Of a stretch of 64,000 nt of DNA, positions 9,136 through 19,288 are shown in pieces. The stretch covers positions 1,120,001 to 1,184,000 of the forward strand of contig CBDCVR010000015.1 in the NCBI GenBank assembly GCA_965223155.1, in the 5' to 3' direction. The notes under the pieces were generated by a model, which saw only the letters and a list, made by a program, of their open reading frames with translations, did not search any database and had not been told where the DNA came from. Positions within the stretch are counted from its first letter, which is position 1, and each line of letters opens with the position of its first letter. This DNA is from Candidatus Multivoradales bacterium (GTDB lineage: Bacteria > Acidobacteriota > Thermoanaerobaculia > Multivoradales > JAHEKO01). A program made the translations under genes and the position numbers.

Positions 9136-11031
9136 ATGCGGAAGCTGACTGTACCGGTGACGGCAGGGCTCTTCGTGGCTCTGACCGCGATGAGCGTGCT
9201 GGTCTCGCCGGTGGCCTATGCGGCCGGCCACGAGGGCGTGGCGGCCACCCGGGAGCGCCTGATGGCTCAGGCCGAGGCGCTCAAGACCAATGAGGAGGGG
9301 CTGTCCGATGCCGAGCGGCTGTCCCAGTTCATCGATCTCTACTTCGAGTACGTGATGAACGAGCATCCCGAGTTCGCATCGATGATCGGCCATCCGACCG
9401 GTCACGACCGTTGGACCGACAACTCGCTCGAAGCCGAGGCGCGGCGCGAAGCCGAGGCTCGAGACGCCCTCGAGCTTTTGCAGTCGATCGACCGAGAAGC
9501 CTTGGAGGGCGACGATCGGTTGAACTACGACCTTCTGATGGAAGATCTCGTCGACGGCGTCGAGGGGCAGAAGTTCCAGGGTGAGTACCTGGCCATCAAT
9601 CAGATGGGTGGCGTCCATTCGAATACCGCGCGCATGATCTCGATGATGCCGGCGGCCAACAAGCGCCACTACGAAGCCATCGCGGCCCGTCTCGAAGGCA
9701 TCCCCGCCCTGGTCGAGAACGCCATCGAGCGCCTCGAGAAGGGGCTCGAGCACGGTGTCACGCCACCCAAGGTGACGCTTCGCGACGTGCCTCAATTGGT
9801 GCAGAACCTGATCGTCGAGGATCCCCTGGAGAGTCCGATGCTGCGGGCGTTCCAGAAGTTCCCGGCGGACATCTCCGAAGACGATGCGGAGGCGCTCCGG
9901 GAGCGGGCGGTCCGTGCTTACGCCGAGGGCATCAAGCCCGCCTTTACCCGTCTGCATGGCTTCATGGTCGATGAGTACCTGCCCGGCAGCCGCGAGTCGA
10001 TCGCGATGAAGGATCTGCCCGACGGAGAAGAGTGGTACGCCTTTCGGGTCAAGCAGATGACGACCACCGACCTCACTCCGGAAGAGATTCACGCCATCGG
10101 TCAGTCCGAGGTGGAGCGCATCCGCGGCGAGATGGACACGGTGATCGCGGACTCCGGGTTCGAGGGCGACTTCGCCGAGTTCACCGAGTTTCTGCGGACC
10201 GATCCGCAGTTCTACTTCGAAACCGCCGAGGAGCTCCTAGCCGCCTACCGGGACATCTCCAAGCGTGCCGACGGCCAGATGCCCAAGTTCTTCGGGCTGC
10301 TGCCGCGGCTGCCCTACGAGGTGGTGCGGGTACCGGAGTACGCTGAGAAGTCGCAGACCACGGCGTACTACCAGCCGGGCTCGCTCGACGCCGGCCGCGC
10401 CGGCCAGTTCTTCGCCAATACCTACGATCTGGCCTCTAGGCCGAAGTGGGAGATGGAAGCGCTGACCCTGCACGAGGCCGTGCCCGGACATCACCACCAG
10501 ATCGCGCTCTCGCACGAGCTCGAGGATCTGGCTTGGTTCCGGCGCTTTGGCGGCTACACGGCTTTCACCGAAGGTTGGGGTCTCTACTCGGAGAGCCTGG
10601 GCGAGGACATGGGCTTCTATCAGGACCCGTACTCCAAGTTCGGTCAGCTCACCTATGAGATCTGGCGGGCGATCCGCCTGGTCGTCGACACCGGCATGCA
10701 CCAGCTCGGCTGGAGCCGCGACGACGCCATCGAGTTCTTCAAGAGCAACACCGGCAAGGCCGAGCACGACATCGTGGTCGAGGTCGATCGCTACATCGTC
10801 TGGCCCGGCCAGGCGCTGGCCTACAAGATCGGGGAGCTCAAGCTGAAGGAGCTCAAGGCTCTGGCCAAGGACGAGCTCGGCGAGGGCTTCGACATCCGGG
10901 CCTTCCACGACACCGTGCTGGGCAACGGCGCCCTGCCGCTGCGGGTGCTCGACAAGCACGTGCGCGAGTGGATCGCCGCCGAGAAGGGCGATGTGCCCGA
11001 GGTGGCGCAGCCGGCGGCCAAGGGTTCGTAG
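9136..11031 (+). CDS. DUF885 family secreted metallopeptidase-like protein
   Basis: AGGAGG RBS before ATG 9136; signal peptide; HEAVPGHH, EGWGLYSE, RLVVDTGMH, EVDRY..PGQALAYKIG. Confidence 0.92.
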   Translation: MRKLTVPVTAGLFVALTAMSVLVSPVAYAAGHEGVAATRERLMAQAEALKTNEEGLSDAERLSQFIDLYFEYVMNEHPEFASMIGHPTGHDRWTDNSLEAEARREAEARDALELLQSIDREALEGDDRLNYDLLMEDLVDGVEGQKFQGEYLAINQMGGVHSNTARMISMMPAANKRHYEAIAARLEGIPALVENAIERLEKGLEHGVTPPKVTLRDVPQLVQNLIVEDPLESPMLRAFQKFPADISEDDAEALRERAVRAYAEGIKPAFTRLHGFMVDEYLPGSRESIAMKDLPDGEEWYAFRVKQMTTTDLTPEEIHAIGQSEVERIRGEMDTVIADSGFEGDFAEFTEFLRTDPQFYFETAEELLAAYRDISKRADGQMPKFFGLLPRLPYEVVRVPEYAEKSQTTAYYQPGSLDAGRAGQFFANTYDLASRPKWEMEALTLHEAVPGHHHQIALSHELEDLAWFRRFGGYTAFTEGWGLYSESLGEDMGFYQDPYSKFGQLTYEIWRAIRLVVDTGMHQLGWSRDDAIEFFKSNTGKAEHDIVVEVDRYIVWPGQALAYKIGELKLKELKALAKDELGEGFDIRAFHDTVLGNGALPLRVLDKHVREWIAAEKGDVPEVAQPAAKGS

Positions 11032-11053
11032 GTCTCCCGTCCGTTCTGGATTC

Positions 11054-11093
11054 GCCCCCGGAGGCCGGCCGTGCTGCCGGCCCCGGGGGCTTT
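11054..11093 (+). terminator. GC-rich hairpin, probable intrinsic terminator
   Basis: GCCCCCGGAGGCCGGC-CGTGCT-GCCGGCCCCGGGGGC followed by TTT, about 22 nt after the DUF885 stop. Confidence 0.6.
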
Positions 11094-11154
11094 GCCGTTC
11101 GGTCGCTCCGTCTCGCGACGGCATGGTGCCCAGGCGGCCCAGTAGAGTCAGGGC

Positions 11155-13185
11155 ATGACGCGCCCAGTGAACCTGCGGCCTTCCGGATGCCGGCGCACCG
11201 GCATCCTTGCCACCGCCGTGGGTTTGGTGGTTGTTCTGTTGCCGGGTCTCGCGCTGGGTCAGGTTGCGCGGGCTACGCCGGCTGCGCCGGTTGAAGGGAC
11301 TCAGGCCGTACCGAATCTAGCCAGGACCGTGGCTGCGGCCCTCGAACCCATGCGGTCCCTGCCGGAGCCCTCGACTCGCCCGCTGCCGCGTCACGGTTTG
11401 CGCTACGCGGTCGCCGAGGGCGCTGCCGGCGGCCATGGCACGGTCGAGGCGCCCTGGCGCTCGTTCGGCTACGCACTTTCCGAGCTCGAGCCCGGTGACA
11501 CGCTGCTTCTGCGCGGCGGCGTCTATCAGGAAGCCGTGGTCGTCACAGCCTCCGGCACGCCGGACCAGCCCATCACGATCCGCTCCCATCCGGGCGAGTT
11601 GGCGATTCTGGACGGGGGCTTGGCCGAGTTCCGTACCCGGCCCGAGGCCGCTTGGGAGCCGGTTCCGGGCGGGGCCCCAGGCGAGTTCCGGTCGCGCGCC
11701 ACCTTCCCCGGCATCCGGCGAGCGGTCGGGACCTTTGCCGCTTCCGCGGTGCCGCTTCACGGTTACGTCTGGCTTCACGACCTGCGCTCAAACCGCTCGC
11801 GGCCGGCCGAAGACGAGGGACTCTACTGTGGTCCCGGGCTCTGGTTCGACCCGCGCTCCCACCGCTTTCACGTCCGCCTGGCGCACGACTCGGCTGACTA
11901 TTTCCCGGAGGCGCATCGCTACCGGGGCGAGCGCGACCCGCGCAAGGTGCCGATGGCCGTTGCCGCCGCCCAGGTGACGCTCGAGCTGCGGGGAGCGCGG
12001 CACGTCCGGATTCAGGATCTGTTGGTGCGGGGCGCGACCCGGGCGGCGATCGAGCTGCTCGACGCGGAGGGCATCGAGCTCGACGGCGTGACCGCGTACG
12101 CCGGCTACCACGCCATCCTGCTGGAGCGCACCCGGGACGTCGAGATCGTAGGTTCACGATTCCGCGGCCAGTCGGCGCCCTGGTCGTCGAGGACCTGCCT
12201 CAAGTACCACGGCAATCCGGGAGTGCTGCTGCGAACCGCGGGTCCGGTGCGCAAGAACCTGGATCTCGAGATCGTCGACAGCGAATTCACCGACGGCCAC
12301 GACGGGGTCTTCCTGGGCGATGCCAAGGAGGTCGACTTTCACCACAATCTGGTCGAGAACTTCAACGACGACGGCATCTTCCTGACCGCCCGCGGCGCCC
12401 CCGCCGGCCCAGTGAGGATCTGGGCCAACCGCATCTCGCGCTGCCTGACCTCCTTTGCCTTCGGCTGGGGCTCGGGCGACGTCAACCTGCCTGGCGCCGG
12501 GGTTGCCATCTATCGGAATCTGGTCGAGCACACCCGGCCGGTCTACTACAGCCTGCCGCAAGAGGGCGCCGAGCTTCCCGAGCACTACGGCAGCCTGATG
12601 CGCGACCACGGCAGTCCCACCTGGGAGCCGATGCGGATCTACCACAACGACTTCGTCCTGCGCCGGCCCGAGCGCCACAGCTATCTGAGCGGGCTGGCCT
12701 CCCACCTTGCCGGCACCTGGCGCGCGGTCTTCAACAACCTGTTTGTCGAGCTCGTCACCTCGCCCCGGTTTCCGGCGCGGGCTCCCGCCGGCGATCTGCG
12801 GTCCGACGGCAATCTCTTCTGGAGTCCGACCGAGAGCGACTCGGAAGGTTCGGTTCGGCTCGATGCCTACCATGCCGGCCCGGTGTTCGAGGCCACGCGC
12901 GCGGTCTATCCCCCCGGTCTCGAAGCGGCAAGCGCCTACGGGGACCCCGAGTTCGCGGACTTCGCGCTCGGCGAGGAAGCCGGATACCGGCGAGCGCCGT
13001 CCGGCGCGGCCCGCGATCTCGGCATCGAGCTGCCCGAAGATTGGCCCGATCCCTTGCGGCCGCTCGACCGCGGAGCCCCGGACGCGGGAGCACTACCGGT
13101 CGGGGACGACGTCCCGCTTCCGGGTCCCAGGCCGCCCGCCCGGGACTCAGTCCAGGAAGAAGCGGGTGCTGCCGGCGGGCGGTAG
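11155..13185 (+). CDS. Secreted right-handed parallel beta-helix (pectin-lyase fold) protein
   Basis: Signal peptide; GTVEAPWRS, PGDTLLLRGGVY, PITIRSHPGE, DGHDG, NFNDDGI repeats; C-terminal PDAGALPVG. Confidence 0.8.
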   Translation: MTRPVNLRPSGCRRTGILATAVGLVVVLLPGLALGQVARATPAAPVEGTQAVPNLARTVAAALEPMRSLPEPSTRPLPRHGLRYAVAEGAAGGHGTVEAPWRSFGYALSELEPGDTLLLRGGVYQEAVVVTASGTPDQPITIRSHPGELAILDGGLAEFRTRPEAAWEPVPGGAPGEFRSRATFPGIRRAVGTFAASAVPLHGYVWLHDLRSNRSRPAEDEGLYCGPGLWFDPRSHRFHVRLAHDSADYFPEAHRYRGERDPRKVPMAVAAAQVTLELRGARHVRIQDLLVRGATRAAIELLDAEGIELDGVTAYAGYHAILLERTRDVEIVGSRFRGQSAPWSSRTCLKYHGNPGVLLRTAGPVRKNLDLEIVDSEFTDGHDGVFLGDAKEVDFHHNLVENFNDDGIFLTARGAPAGPVRIWANRISRCLTSFAFGWGSGDVNLPGAGVAIYRNLVEHTRPVYYSLPQEGAELPEHYGSLMRDHGSPTWEPMRIYHNDFVLRRPERHSYLSGLASHLAGTWRAVFNNLFVELVTSPRFPARAPAGDLRSDGNLFWSPTESDSEGSVRLDAYHAGPVFEATRAVYPPGLEAASAYGDPEFADFALGEEAGYRRAPSGAARDLGIELPEDWPDPLRPLDRGAPDAGALPVGDDVPLPGPRPPARDSVQEEAGAAGGR

Positions 13186-14316
13186 GGGACAGGAGTCGTA
13201 GTGCCCGAACCATCGGTAGCGGTAGCGCGCGACCAGCCTGTAGACCGCGTCGCGGATAGGTGCGGGCACCAGGCGCAGCCAGGAAACGATGCGCCAGATG
13301 CCGCCGATGGCGTCCAGGCTGCGCAGGGCGGCGGTCGAACGCGTCCAGAGACGCTCGGTCTCTGAGCCGTGGTCCTCGACCAGGCCCATGGTCGAGAGAT
13401 CATCACGCACACCGTGCTTCTCCAAGAGCGCTCGGCCCGTAGGTCCCTGGAGCGTCGCGTAGCGGAGGACGCCCGAGCGGTCCTCGGCGAGATAGAAGCG
13501 CACGGCTCGATTGCAGAGGCCGCAGACACCGTCGTAGAGCACGAGATGCCGGGACGGGATTCTGGGCGGTAGCCATTCCGGATCGAGCAGCAGCAGGTGG
13601 ACCACGACGACGCCGAGGGAGGTGGCGGCCCCCATGCCCACGTTCAAGGTGGCTAGCTGGACGAGCAGCGTGGCGCCCCAGACCCAGGGGCGGACGCGGC
13701 GCAACGCCGGCAAGGGCAGGCTCAGGGGCAAGGCGAGGAGCAAGACCGCCAGGACACCCCAGGTCAGACCGCGCGTCAGGCCGTCCGGCAGGGCCAGGAG
13801 CCACTGCGAGAGCTCGCCCGAAGCCGAGGGTGTCGCCCTGATGGCGTCGATGACGGCGGTGCCCTGGCGCCAGCCCGGGCGCAGGAGCCGGATCACGCCG
13901 GTTGCCGTATAGGCGCCCATGACCAGCAGCCAGATCCCTTTGTAGACCGCGGCCGGGAAGGCCCAAGTCCGCGAGCGGCGAAGGAACCGGGGCGCGAACA
14001 CCGGCTCGCCGCCGGGGATGAACGTGGTGGCCAGGATGACGACGCCTAAGACCGTGGACCAGAGAATGCCGATCAGGCTGCCGCGGTAGAGCATCGGCAG
14101 CCAGCCGAAGGCGAGGAGGAGTGCTGCCGGTCGCCGCTCCCAGCCGGTGACGTACAGGCAAGCGGCGAGGGACAGAAGCAGGATGGTTAGTCCCTGGTCG
14201 CTCCGGGGATCGACCCCGCGGATTGCGGGCAGGAAGCGCCACACCAGGTAGGCGCCGAAGAGCACCCGAAAGACCAGGAAGTGGTACCGGGAGAAGGGCT
14301 TTTCCCGATAGGTCAC
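13147..14316 (-). CDS. HTTM-like membrane domain fused to a DCC1/DUF393 thiol-disulfide oxidoreductase domain
   Basis: GTG 14316 overlaps the arfB stop (GTGA); several TM helices, then LYDGVCGLCN..F..ED, RSTAAL, RDAVYRLVARYRYRWFG. Confidence 0.8.
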   Translation of the reverse strand: MTYREKPFSRYHFLVFRVLFGAYLVWRFLPAIRGVDPRSDQGLTILLLSLAACLYVTGWERRPAALLLAFGWLPMLYRGSLIGILWSTVLGVVILATTFIPGGEPVFAPRFLRRSRTWAFPAAVYKGIWLLVMGAYTATGVIRLLRPGWRQGTAVIDAIRATPSASGELSQWLLALPDGLTRGLTWGVLAVLLLALPLSLPLPALRRVRPWVWGATLLVQLATLNVGMGAATSLGVVVVHLLLLDPEWLPPRIPSRHLVLYDGVCGLCNRAVRFYLAEDRSGVLRYATLQGPTGRALLEKHGVRDDLSTMGLVEDHGSETERLWTRSTAALRSLDAIGGIWRIVSWLRLVPAPIRDAVYRLVARYRYRWFGHYDSCPLPPAGSTRFFLD

Positions 14317-14738
14317 GACTCGTCGGCCCGCACTCGGCGCCGTCCGCGTTTCCGTTCGCTCTGACGCCGCTTGGCCTCCAATCGCGACCGCTTGGCCCGC
14401 TTGGGCACGCGGGTCGCGCGGCGGCGCTTGGGTCGGACTAAGGCCGAGGCCAGGAGACCGGCCAGCTTGGCCCGCGCGGCTTCCCGGTTGGCTGCCTGGG
14501 TGCGATGCTTCTGCGAAACCACTCGCAGCACGCCGTCCTTGTTGATGCGGGTGGCCAAGCGGGCGGCGACCCTGCGCTTCTGAGCGGCGGTGAGCGCGGT
14601 TGATTCGGGCAGGGACAGGAGCACCGTCACCCGGCTCTCGATCTTGTTGACGTTCTGCCCGCCGGGCTTCGAGCTGCGTGAGGTGCGGTACGACAACTCT
14701 CGCTCGGGGATCGCCACGGTGCGGCTGACTTGGAGCAT
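14313..14738 (-). CDS. arfB: Alternative ribosome rescue aminoacyl-tRNA hydrolase ArfB
   Basis: RSSKPGGQNVNK, HRTQAANRE, basic tail PKRRRATRVP..KRRQSERK. Confidence 0.92.
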   Translation of the reverse strand: MLQVSRTVAIPERELSYRTSRSSKPGGQNVNKIESRVTVLLSLPESTALTAAQKRRVAARLATRINKDGVLRVVSQKHRTQAANREAARAKLAGLLASALVRPKRRRATRVPKRAKRSRLEAKRRQSERKRGRRRVRADES

Positions 14739-14911
14739 GACGGTCGGTAGGAAGACGGTAGCATTTTGCTAGCATTTCGCACCAGCCAAACTCGGGTTCG
14801 CCGAGCGCCTTCCGGCCGGCAACGCCGGCCTCGTGCAAGGCTCGGCGCACGAGCGGAAACCGGTACCGAAACCGGGAGCCGGTACCCGAACTTTCGACCC
14901 GGTCCACCTTC

Positions 14912-15784
14912 ATGAAACCGCCATCGTTCGACTACCTCGCGCCTCGATCGCTGAAAGAGGCTCTGAGCCAACTTGCCGAGCACGGCGCCGATGCCAAAGT
15001 CCTGGCCGGGGGACAGAGCTTGATTCCGCTTCTCAACTTTCGGCTGGCCCAGCCGGCGGTCCTGATCGACCTCAATCGGGTCGGCGCCGATTCGATCGCG
15101 GTCGAGGGTGAGCTGCTGCGCATCGGGGCCATGGTCCGGCAGCGGGCGCTCGAACGCTTCGACGGCCTCGAGCGGGTGGCGCCGCTTCTGGCCGACGCCA
15201 TGCCGCTCATCGCTCATCCCCAGATCCGCAACCGAGGTACGGTCGGCGGCAGCCTGGCCCACGCCGATCCGGCGAGCGAGCTGCCGGTCGCGGCCTTGGC
15301 GCTGGGTGCCCGGCTGGTGGTCGAGAGCGCGGCCCGGGGCCGGCGAACGATCGAAGCCGAGTCGTTCTTCGAAAGCCTGATGACGACGGCCCTGGCCGAG
15401 GACGAGATCCTGGTCGAGGTCGAGGTGCCGGTTCGACGCCCCGGTTGGGGCTGGTCGTTTCGCGAGGTGGCCCGCCGCCACGGCGACTACGCCCATGCCG
15501 GCGTCGCCGTGGGGGTGGAGCTGGCGGGAGGCGGCACCGTGGCCGAGGCTCGGATCGTCTTCTTGAGCGCCGGTGACACACCCAGGCCGGCGGCGAGGGC
15601 GGCGGCGCTCATGGTCGGCGAGCGGCCCGGAGCCGAGCTTTTCGAGGCCGTCGCGGCAGCGGCAGATGGAGAGATCGAGCCCACCGGCGATATCCATGCG
15701 ACCGAGGCGTTCAAGCGTCACCTGGCGCGGGTTCTAACCCGCCGGGCGCTCGAAACCGCCCTCACCCGGGCCGAGGCCGCCTGA
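14912..15784 (+). CDS. Xanthine dehydrogenase/CODH family FAD-binding medium subunit (CoxM-like)
   Basis: MKPPSFDY, LAGGQSLIP, IAHPQIRNRGTVGGSLAHADPASE. Confidence 0.92.
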   Translation: MKPPSFDYLAPRSLKEALSQLAEHGADAKVLAGGQSLIPLLNFRLAQPAVLIDLNRVGADSIAVEGELLRIGAMVRQRALERFDGLERVAPLLADAMPLIAHPQIRNRGTVGGSLAHADPASELPVAALALGARLVVESAARGRRTIEAESFFESLMTTALAEDEILVEVEVPVRRPGWGWSFREVARRHGDYAHAGVAVGVELAGGGTVAEARIVFLSAGDTPRPAARAAALMVGERPGAELFEAVAAAADGEIEPTGDIHATEAFKRHLARVLTRRALETALTRAEAA

Positions 15785-16272
15785 TGCCGGCGCCGGTCTC
15801 GATCCAAGTGGCGGTCAACGGCAAGCGCTACGAGCGCGAGGTCGAGCCCCGGCTTCTCCTGTCCGACTTTCTGCGCCAGGAGCTCGGGCTGACCGGAACC
15901 CACGTGGGTTGCGAGCATGGAGTCTGTGGCGCTTGCACCGTGCTCTTCGATGGCGCTCCCGTGCGCTCGTGCCTGGTGCTGGCGGTCCAGGCCGACGGCC
16001 TGGAGCTCGAGACGGTCGAGGGTCTGGCCTCGGAGTCGGGCGAGCTCGACCCGCTCCAGACGGCGTTTCGTGACGCGCACGGCCTGCAGTGTGGGTTCTG
16101 CACCGCCGGGATTCTGATGACGGTCAAGCCGTTTCTGGCCGAACGGCCGGACCCCACCGAGCGTGAGATCCGCGAGGCCATCTCGGGCAATCTGTGTCGT
16201 TGCACCGGCTACCAGCACATCGTGGACGCGGTCTTGCTGGCCGCTCGGCGCGGCCGGACGGAGGGCGCGTGA
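15784..16272 (+). CDS. [2Fe-2S] small subunit (CoxS-like)
   Basis: GCEHGVCGACTV, SCL, QCGFCT, NLCRCTGY. Confidence 0.95.
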   Translation: MPAPVSIQVAVNGKRYEREVEPRLLLSDFLRQELGLTGTHVGCEHGVCGACTVLFDGAPVRSCLVLAVQADGLELETVEGLASESGELDPLQTAFRDAHGLQCGFCTAGILMTVKPFLAERPDPTEREIREAISGNLCRCTGYQHIVDAVLLAARRGRTEGA

Positions 16273-17582
16273 CGACCAGCGCGGCCGCAGTACCCGATCT
16301 GGCGTCGCTGGCCGCTTCGCTGCGCTCGGGAGCGGTCGAGCTGGGGGAGTACCTGGACCGGTTGGAGCGTGAGGTCGCCGGCCGAGAGCCATCTCTCAAG
16401 GCGCTGGTCGAGGACACGGTCTCGTTTCCGGACTTGAGGCGTCAGGCCGAGGAGCTCGTCGAGAGCTTTCCGGATCCGGCTTCGCGGCCGGCTCTTTTTG
16501 GCGTGCCGGTTGGCGTCAAGGACGTCTTCCACGTCGAGGGGTTTCCGACCCGAGCCGGAAGCCGTCTGCCGAGCGCCGAGCTCGCCGGCGAGGAGGCGGC
16601 GGTGGTGACCGATCTCAAGGCGGCCGGCGCTCTCATCCTGGGCAAGACCCAGACCACCGAGTTCGCCTATTTCGGTCCCGGGCCGACCCGCAATCCCTGG
16701 GATCCGGCCCATACTCCGGGGGGTTCCTCCTCGGGCTCGGCCGCCGCGGTCGCCGCCGGCTTCTGCCCGCTTGCTCTGGGCACTCAGACCATCGGCTCGA
16801 TCTCGCGGCCGGCGTCGTTCTGTGGCGTCGTCGGCTATAAGCCTTCGTACGGGCGGATCTCGCGCCGAGGCTTGATTCCGCTGGCCCCTTCGCTCGACCA
16901 CGTCGGTTGGTTCACTCCGGACGTAGCCGGCGCCGAACGCGTGGCGACGGTTCTGTGCCGGGGCTGGCGCCCGGTTTACGGCGAGAGCCTGCCGGTTCTG
17001 GGAATTCCGGGAGGGCCCTACTTGCGTCGGGCCGAGGGCGAGGGCCGGACCTTCTTCCGCCAGGTGTGCCGGCGCTTGACCGCCGCCGGCCACGCGGTGC
17101 TTCGGGTCGAGGCCATGCCCGATTTCGACGGCATCGAGATTCGCCACCGAGCGATCGTCGCCGCCGAGGCGGCCCGGGTCCACCGGGCTTGGTTCGAGCG
17201 CTTCGCCGACCTCTACCATCCCAAGACCCGCGAGCTCATCGAGACCGGGCTCGAGATCTCGGATTCGGAGCTGGAAACGGCGCTCACCGGTTGTGAAGCC
17301 TTGCGGGCAGAGCTCGAAAGCCTGCGCCGGGCCACCGGCGTCGACGTCTGGATCTCGCCGGCCGCTCCGGGAGCGGCACCCGCCGGTCTCGCTTCCACCG
17401 GCGATCCGGTGATGAACCTTCCCTGGACTCACGCTGGCCTGCCGACTCTGGCGATTCCGGCGGGCGCAAGCCCGGGCGGCCTGCCCATGGGCCTCCAGCT
17501 TGCCGGCGGGTGGCAGCGCGACGAAGACCTCTTTGGCTGGGGCCGAAGAGCCGAGGCAACGTTGCGGACGGTCTCGACCTAG
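16269..17582 (+). CDS. Amidase-signature family enzyme
   Basis: GVPVGVKD, GGSSSGSAAAVA, LGTQTIGSISRPASFCG; GTG overlaps the coxS stop. Confidence 0.9.
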   Translation: MTTSAAAVPDLASLAASLRSGAVELGEYLDRLEREVAGREPSLKALVEDTVSFPDLRRQAEELVESFPDPASRPALFGVPVGVKDVFHVEGFPTRAGSRLPSAELAGEEAAVVTDLKAAGALILGKTQTTEFAYFGPGPTRNPWDPAHTPGGSSSGSAAAVAAGFCPLALGTQTIGSISRPASFCGVVGYKPSYGRISRRGLIPLAPSLDHVGWFTPDVAGAERVATVLCRGWRPVYGESLPVLGIPGGPYLRRAEGEGRTFFRQVCRRLTAAGHAVLRVEAMPDFDGIEIRHRAIVAAEAARVHRAWFERFADLYHPKTRELIETGLEISDSELETALTGCEALRAELESLRRATGVDVWISPAAPGAAPAGLASTGDPVMNLPWTHAGLPTLAIPAGASPGGLPMGLQLAGGWQRDEDLFGWGRRAEATLRTVST

Positions 17583-17588
17583 CTGGGC

Positions 17589-19283
17589 GTGTCGACTCTC
17601 GCCCATGAGGTCCGGCGCGGGGCCTACGCCGACTCGATCGTTCTGATGCAGCTTCAGAGCGCTCTTGCCGCCTGTCCGGGGATCGAGGACGCCGGCGTGG
17701 TGATGGCGACCGAGGCCAATCGCGAGATTCTGGAGGCCTCGGGGCTGCTTCCCGACGACCTGCCGGAGGCGGGCGCCAACGACCTGGTCGTCGTGGTGCG
17801 GGCCGAGGATCCGGACGCGGCGACGGCGGCGCTGGGCCGTATCGACGAGCTCATGGTTCGGGAGCGGGTCGCCGACGACAGTGAGTACCGCCCGAGGAGC
17901 CTGCGCGGCGCGCTGGCCAACGCCCCCGGGGCGCGCTGGGTGCTGGTATCGGTGCCTGGGCGCTGGGCGGCGGACGTGGCGCGGGAAGCGCTCGACGGCG
18001 GCCGGCACGTTTTTCTGTACAGCGACAACGTTTCGCTCGAAGACGAGGTCGCTCTCAAGGAATTCGCGGCCGGCCGGGGCCTCCTGGTCCTGGGACCCGA
18101 CTGTGGCACCGCCATCGTCGGCGGCGCCGGGTTGGGCTTTTCCAACCGGGTTCGGCGCGGCGCGGTAGGCATCGTCGCGGCTTCGGGTACCGGCCTCCAA
18201 TCGGTGGCGTGCCGGGTCCACGAGCTGGGCGCCGGGGTTTCGCATGCCTTCGGCACGGGCGGCCGGGATCTGAGCGATGCGGTTCGAGGGCGGACCACTC
18301 TCCAGGCGCTCGAGATGCTGGGCGGCGACCGCGAGACCGAAGTCGTGGTGCTCTTGTCGAAGCCGCCGTCGGCCGCGGTCGCGACCCGCGTTCTCGAGCG
18401 CGCGCGCACCCTGGGCAAGCCGGTGATCGCCGCCTTCACCGGCGCGACTCCGCCGGCCGAAGCCTTCGGTGAGCTGGAGTTCGCCCGCAGCCTGGAAGAC
18501 GCGGCGGTGCGAGCGGTGGCGCGGCTGGGAAGCGTCCGCCCGGATCCGGCCGATCGTTCGCCCGCCCCCGCCCCCGCCGCTACCGGCTGGCTGCGGGGCC
18601 TGTTCTCCGGGGGCACGCTGGCTCTCGAGACGGTGCTGGCCCTGCGGGCGGTTCTGACTCCGCTGACCTCGAATCTGGGAGTGGCAGGCGTCGGCGTGCT
18701 GACCGGTGCTGCTCTGGCTGGTACCGACGAGCCGATCGAAGGCCACGCCGTCGTCGACCTGGGGGCGGACGAGTTCACCGTCGGCCGCGCCCACCCCATG
18801 ATCGACCCCCGCCTGCGGCTCGAATGGCTGGAGCGGGCCGCCGCCGACCCGAACGTCGGGACCATTCTCCTGGACGTCGTTCTCGGGGACGGTGCCCACC
18901 CGGATCCAGCCGGTGCCTTGGCGCCGGGATTGGCGGCCGCGCGCCGCCGGCGGGATCTCGAGGTCGTGGCTCTGGTGGTGGGCTCGGACGAAGATCCGCA
19001 GGACCGCTCGGCCCAAGTCGAGCGCCTCGCCGCCGAAGGGGCGATCGTCGCCGCCACGGTGGAGGAGGCCGCCGGACGGGCGGTGGCGCGCGCCGGGGCC
19101 GCGCGCGCAGGCGATTCCCAGGCGATCGAGCCCATCGACCCCGCCGCCGGGTTCGTGAACGTCGGGGTGGAGATCTTTGGAGAGGCTTTGGCGGCCCAGG
19201 GCTTCGACCGGGTGCAGGTGGACTGGAGGCCGCCCGCCGGTGGCGATGAGCGTTTGGAACGGCTGCTAGCCGCGATGAGGTAG
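17589..19283 (+). CDS. fdrA: FdrA/YahF family acyl-CoA-synthetase-like protein (oxamate carbamoyltransferase subunit AllF-like)
   Basis: YADSIVLM, VMATEAN, SVPG, YSDNV, GPDCGT, GTGGRDLS, FSGGTL, DLGADEFTVGRAHPMIDP, VDWRPPAGGD. Confidence 0.88.
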   Translation: MSTLAHEVRRGAYADSIVLMQLQSALAACPGIEDAGVVMATEANREILEASGLLPDDLPEAGANDLVVVVRAEDPDAATAALGRIDELMVRERVADDSEYRPRSLRGALANAPGARWVLVSVPGRWAADVAREALDGGRHVFLYSDNVSLEDEVALKEFAAGRGLLVLGPDCGTAIVGGAGLGFSNRVRRGAVGIVAASGTGLQSVACRVHELGAGVSHAFGTGGRDLSDAVRGRTTLQALEMLGGDRETEVVVLLSKPPSAAVATRVLERARTLGKPVIAAFTGATPPAEAFGELEFARSLEDAAVRAVARLGSVRPDPADRSPAPAPAATGWLRGLFSGGTLALETVLALRAVLTPLTSNLGVAGVGVLTGAALAGTDEPIEGHAVVDLGADEFTVGRAHPMIDPRLRLEWLERAAADPNVGTILLDVVLGDGAHPDPAGALAPGLAAARRRRDLEVVALVVGSDEDPQDRSAQVERLAAEGAIVAATVEEAAGRAVARAGAARAGDSQAIEPIDPAAGFVNVGVEIFGEALAAQGFDRVQVDWRPPAGGDERLERLLAAMR

Positions 19284-19288
19284 AAGGC

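Noticed and set aside
13147-14913. 588-aa single ORF
   Set aside because: The 5' part overlaps arfB in another frame; the real start is GTG 14316.
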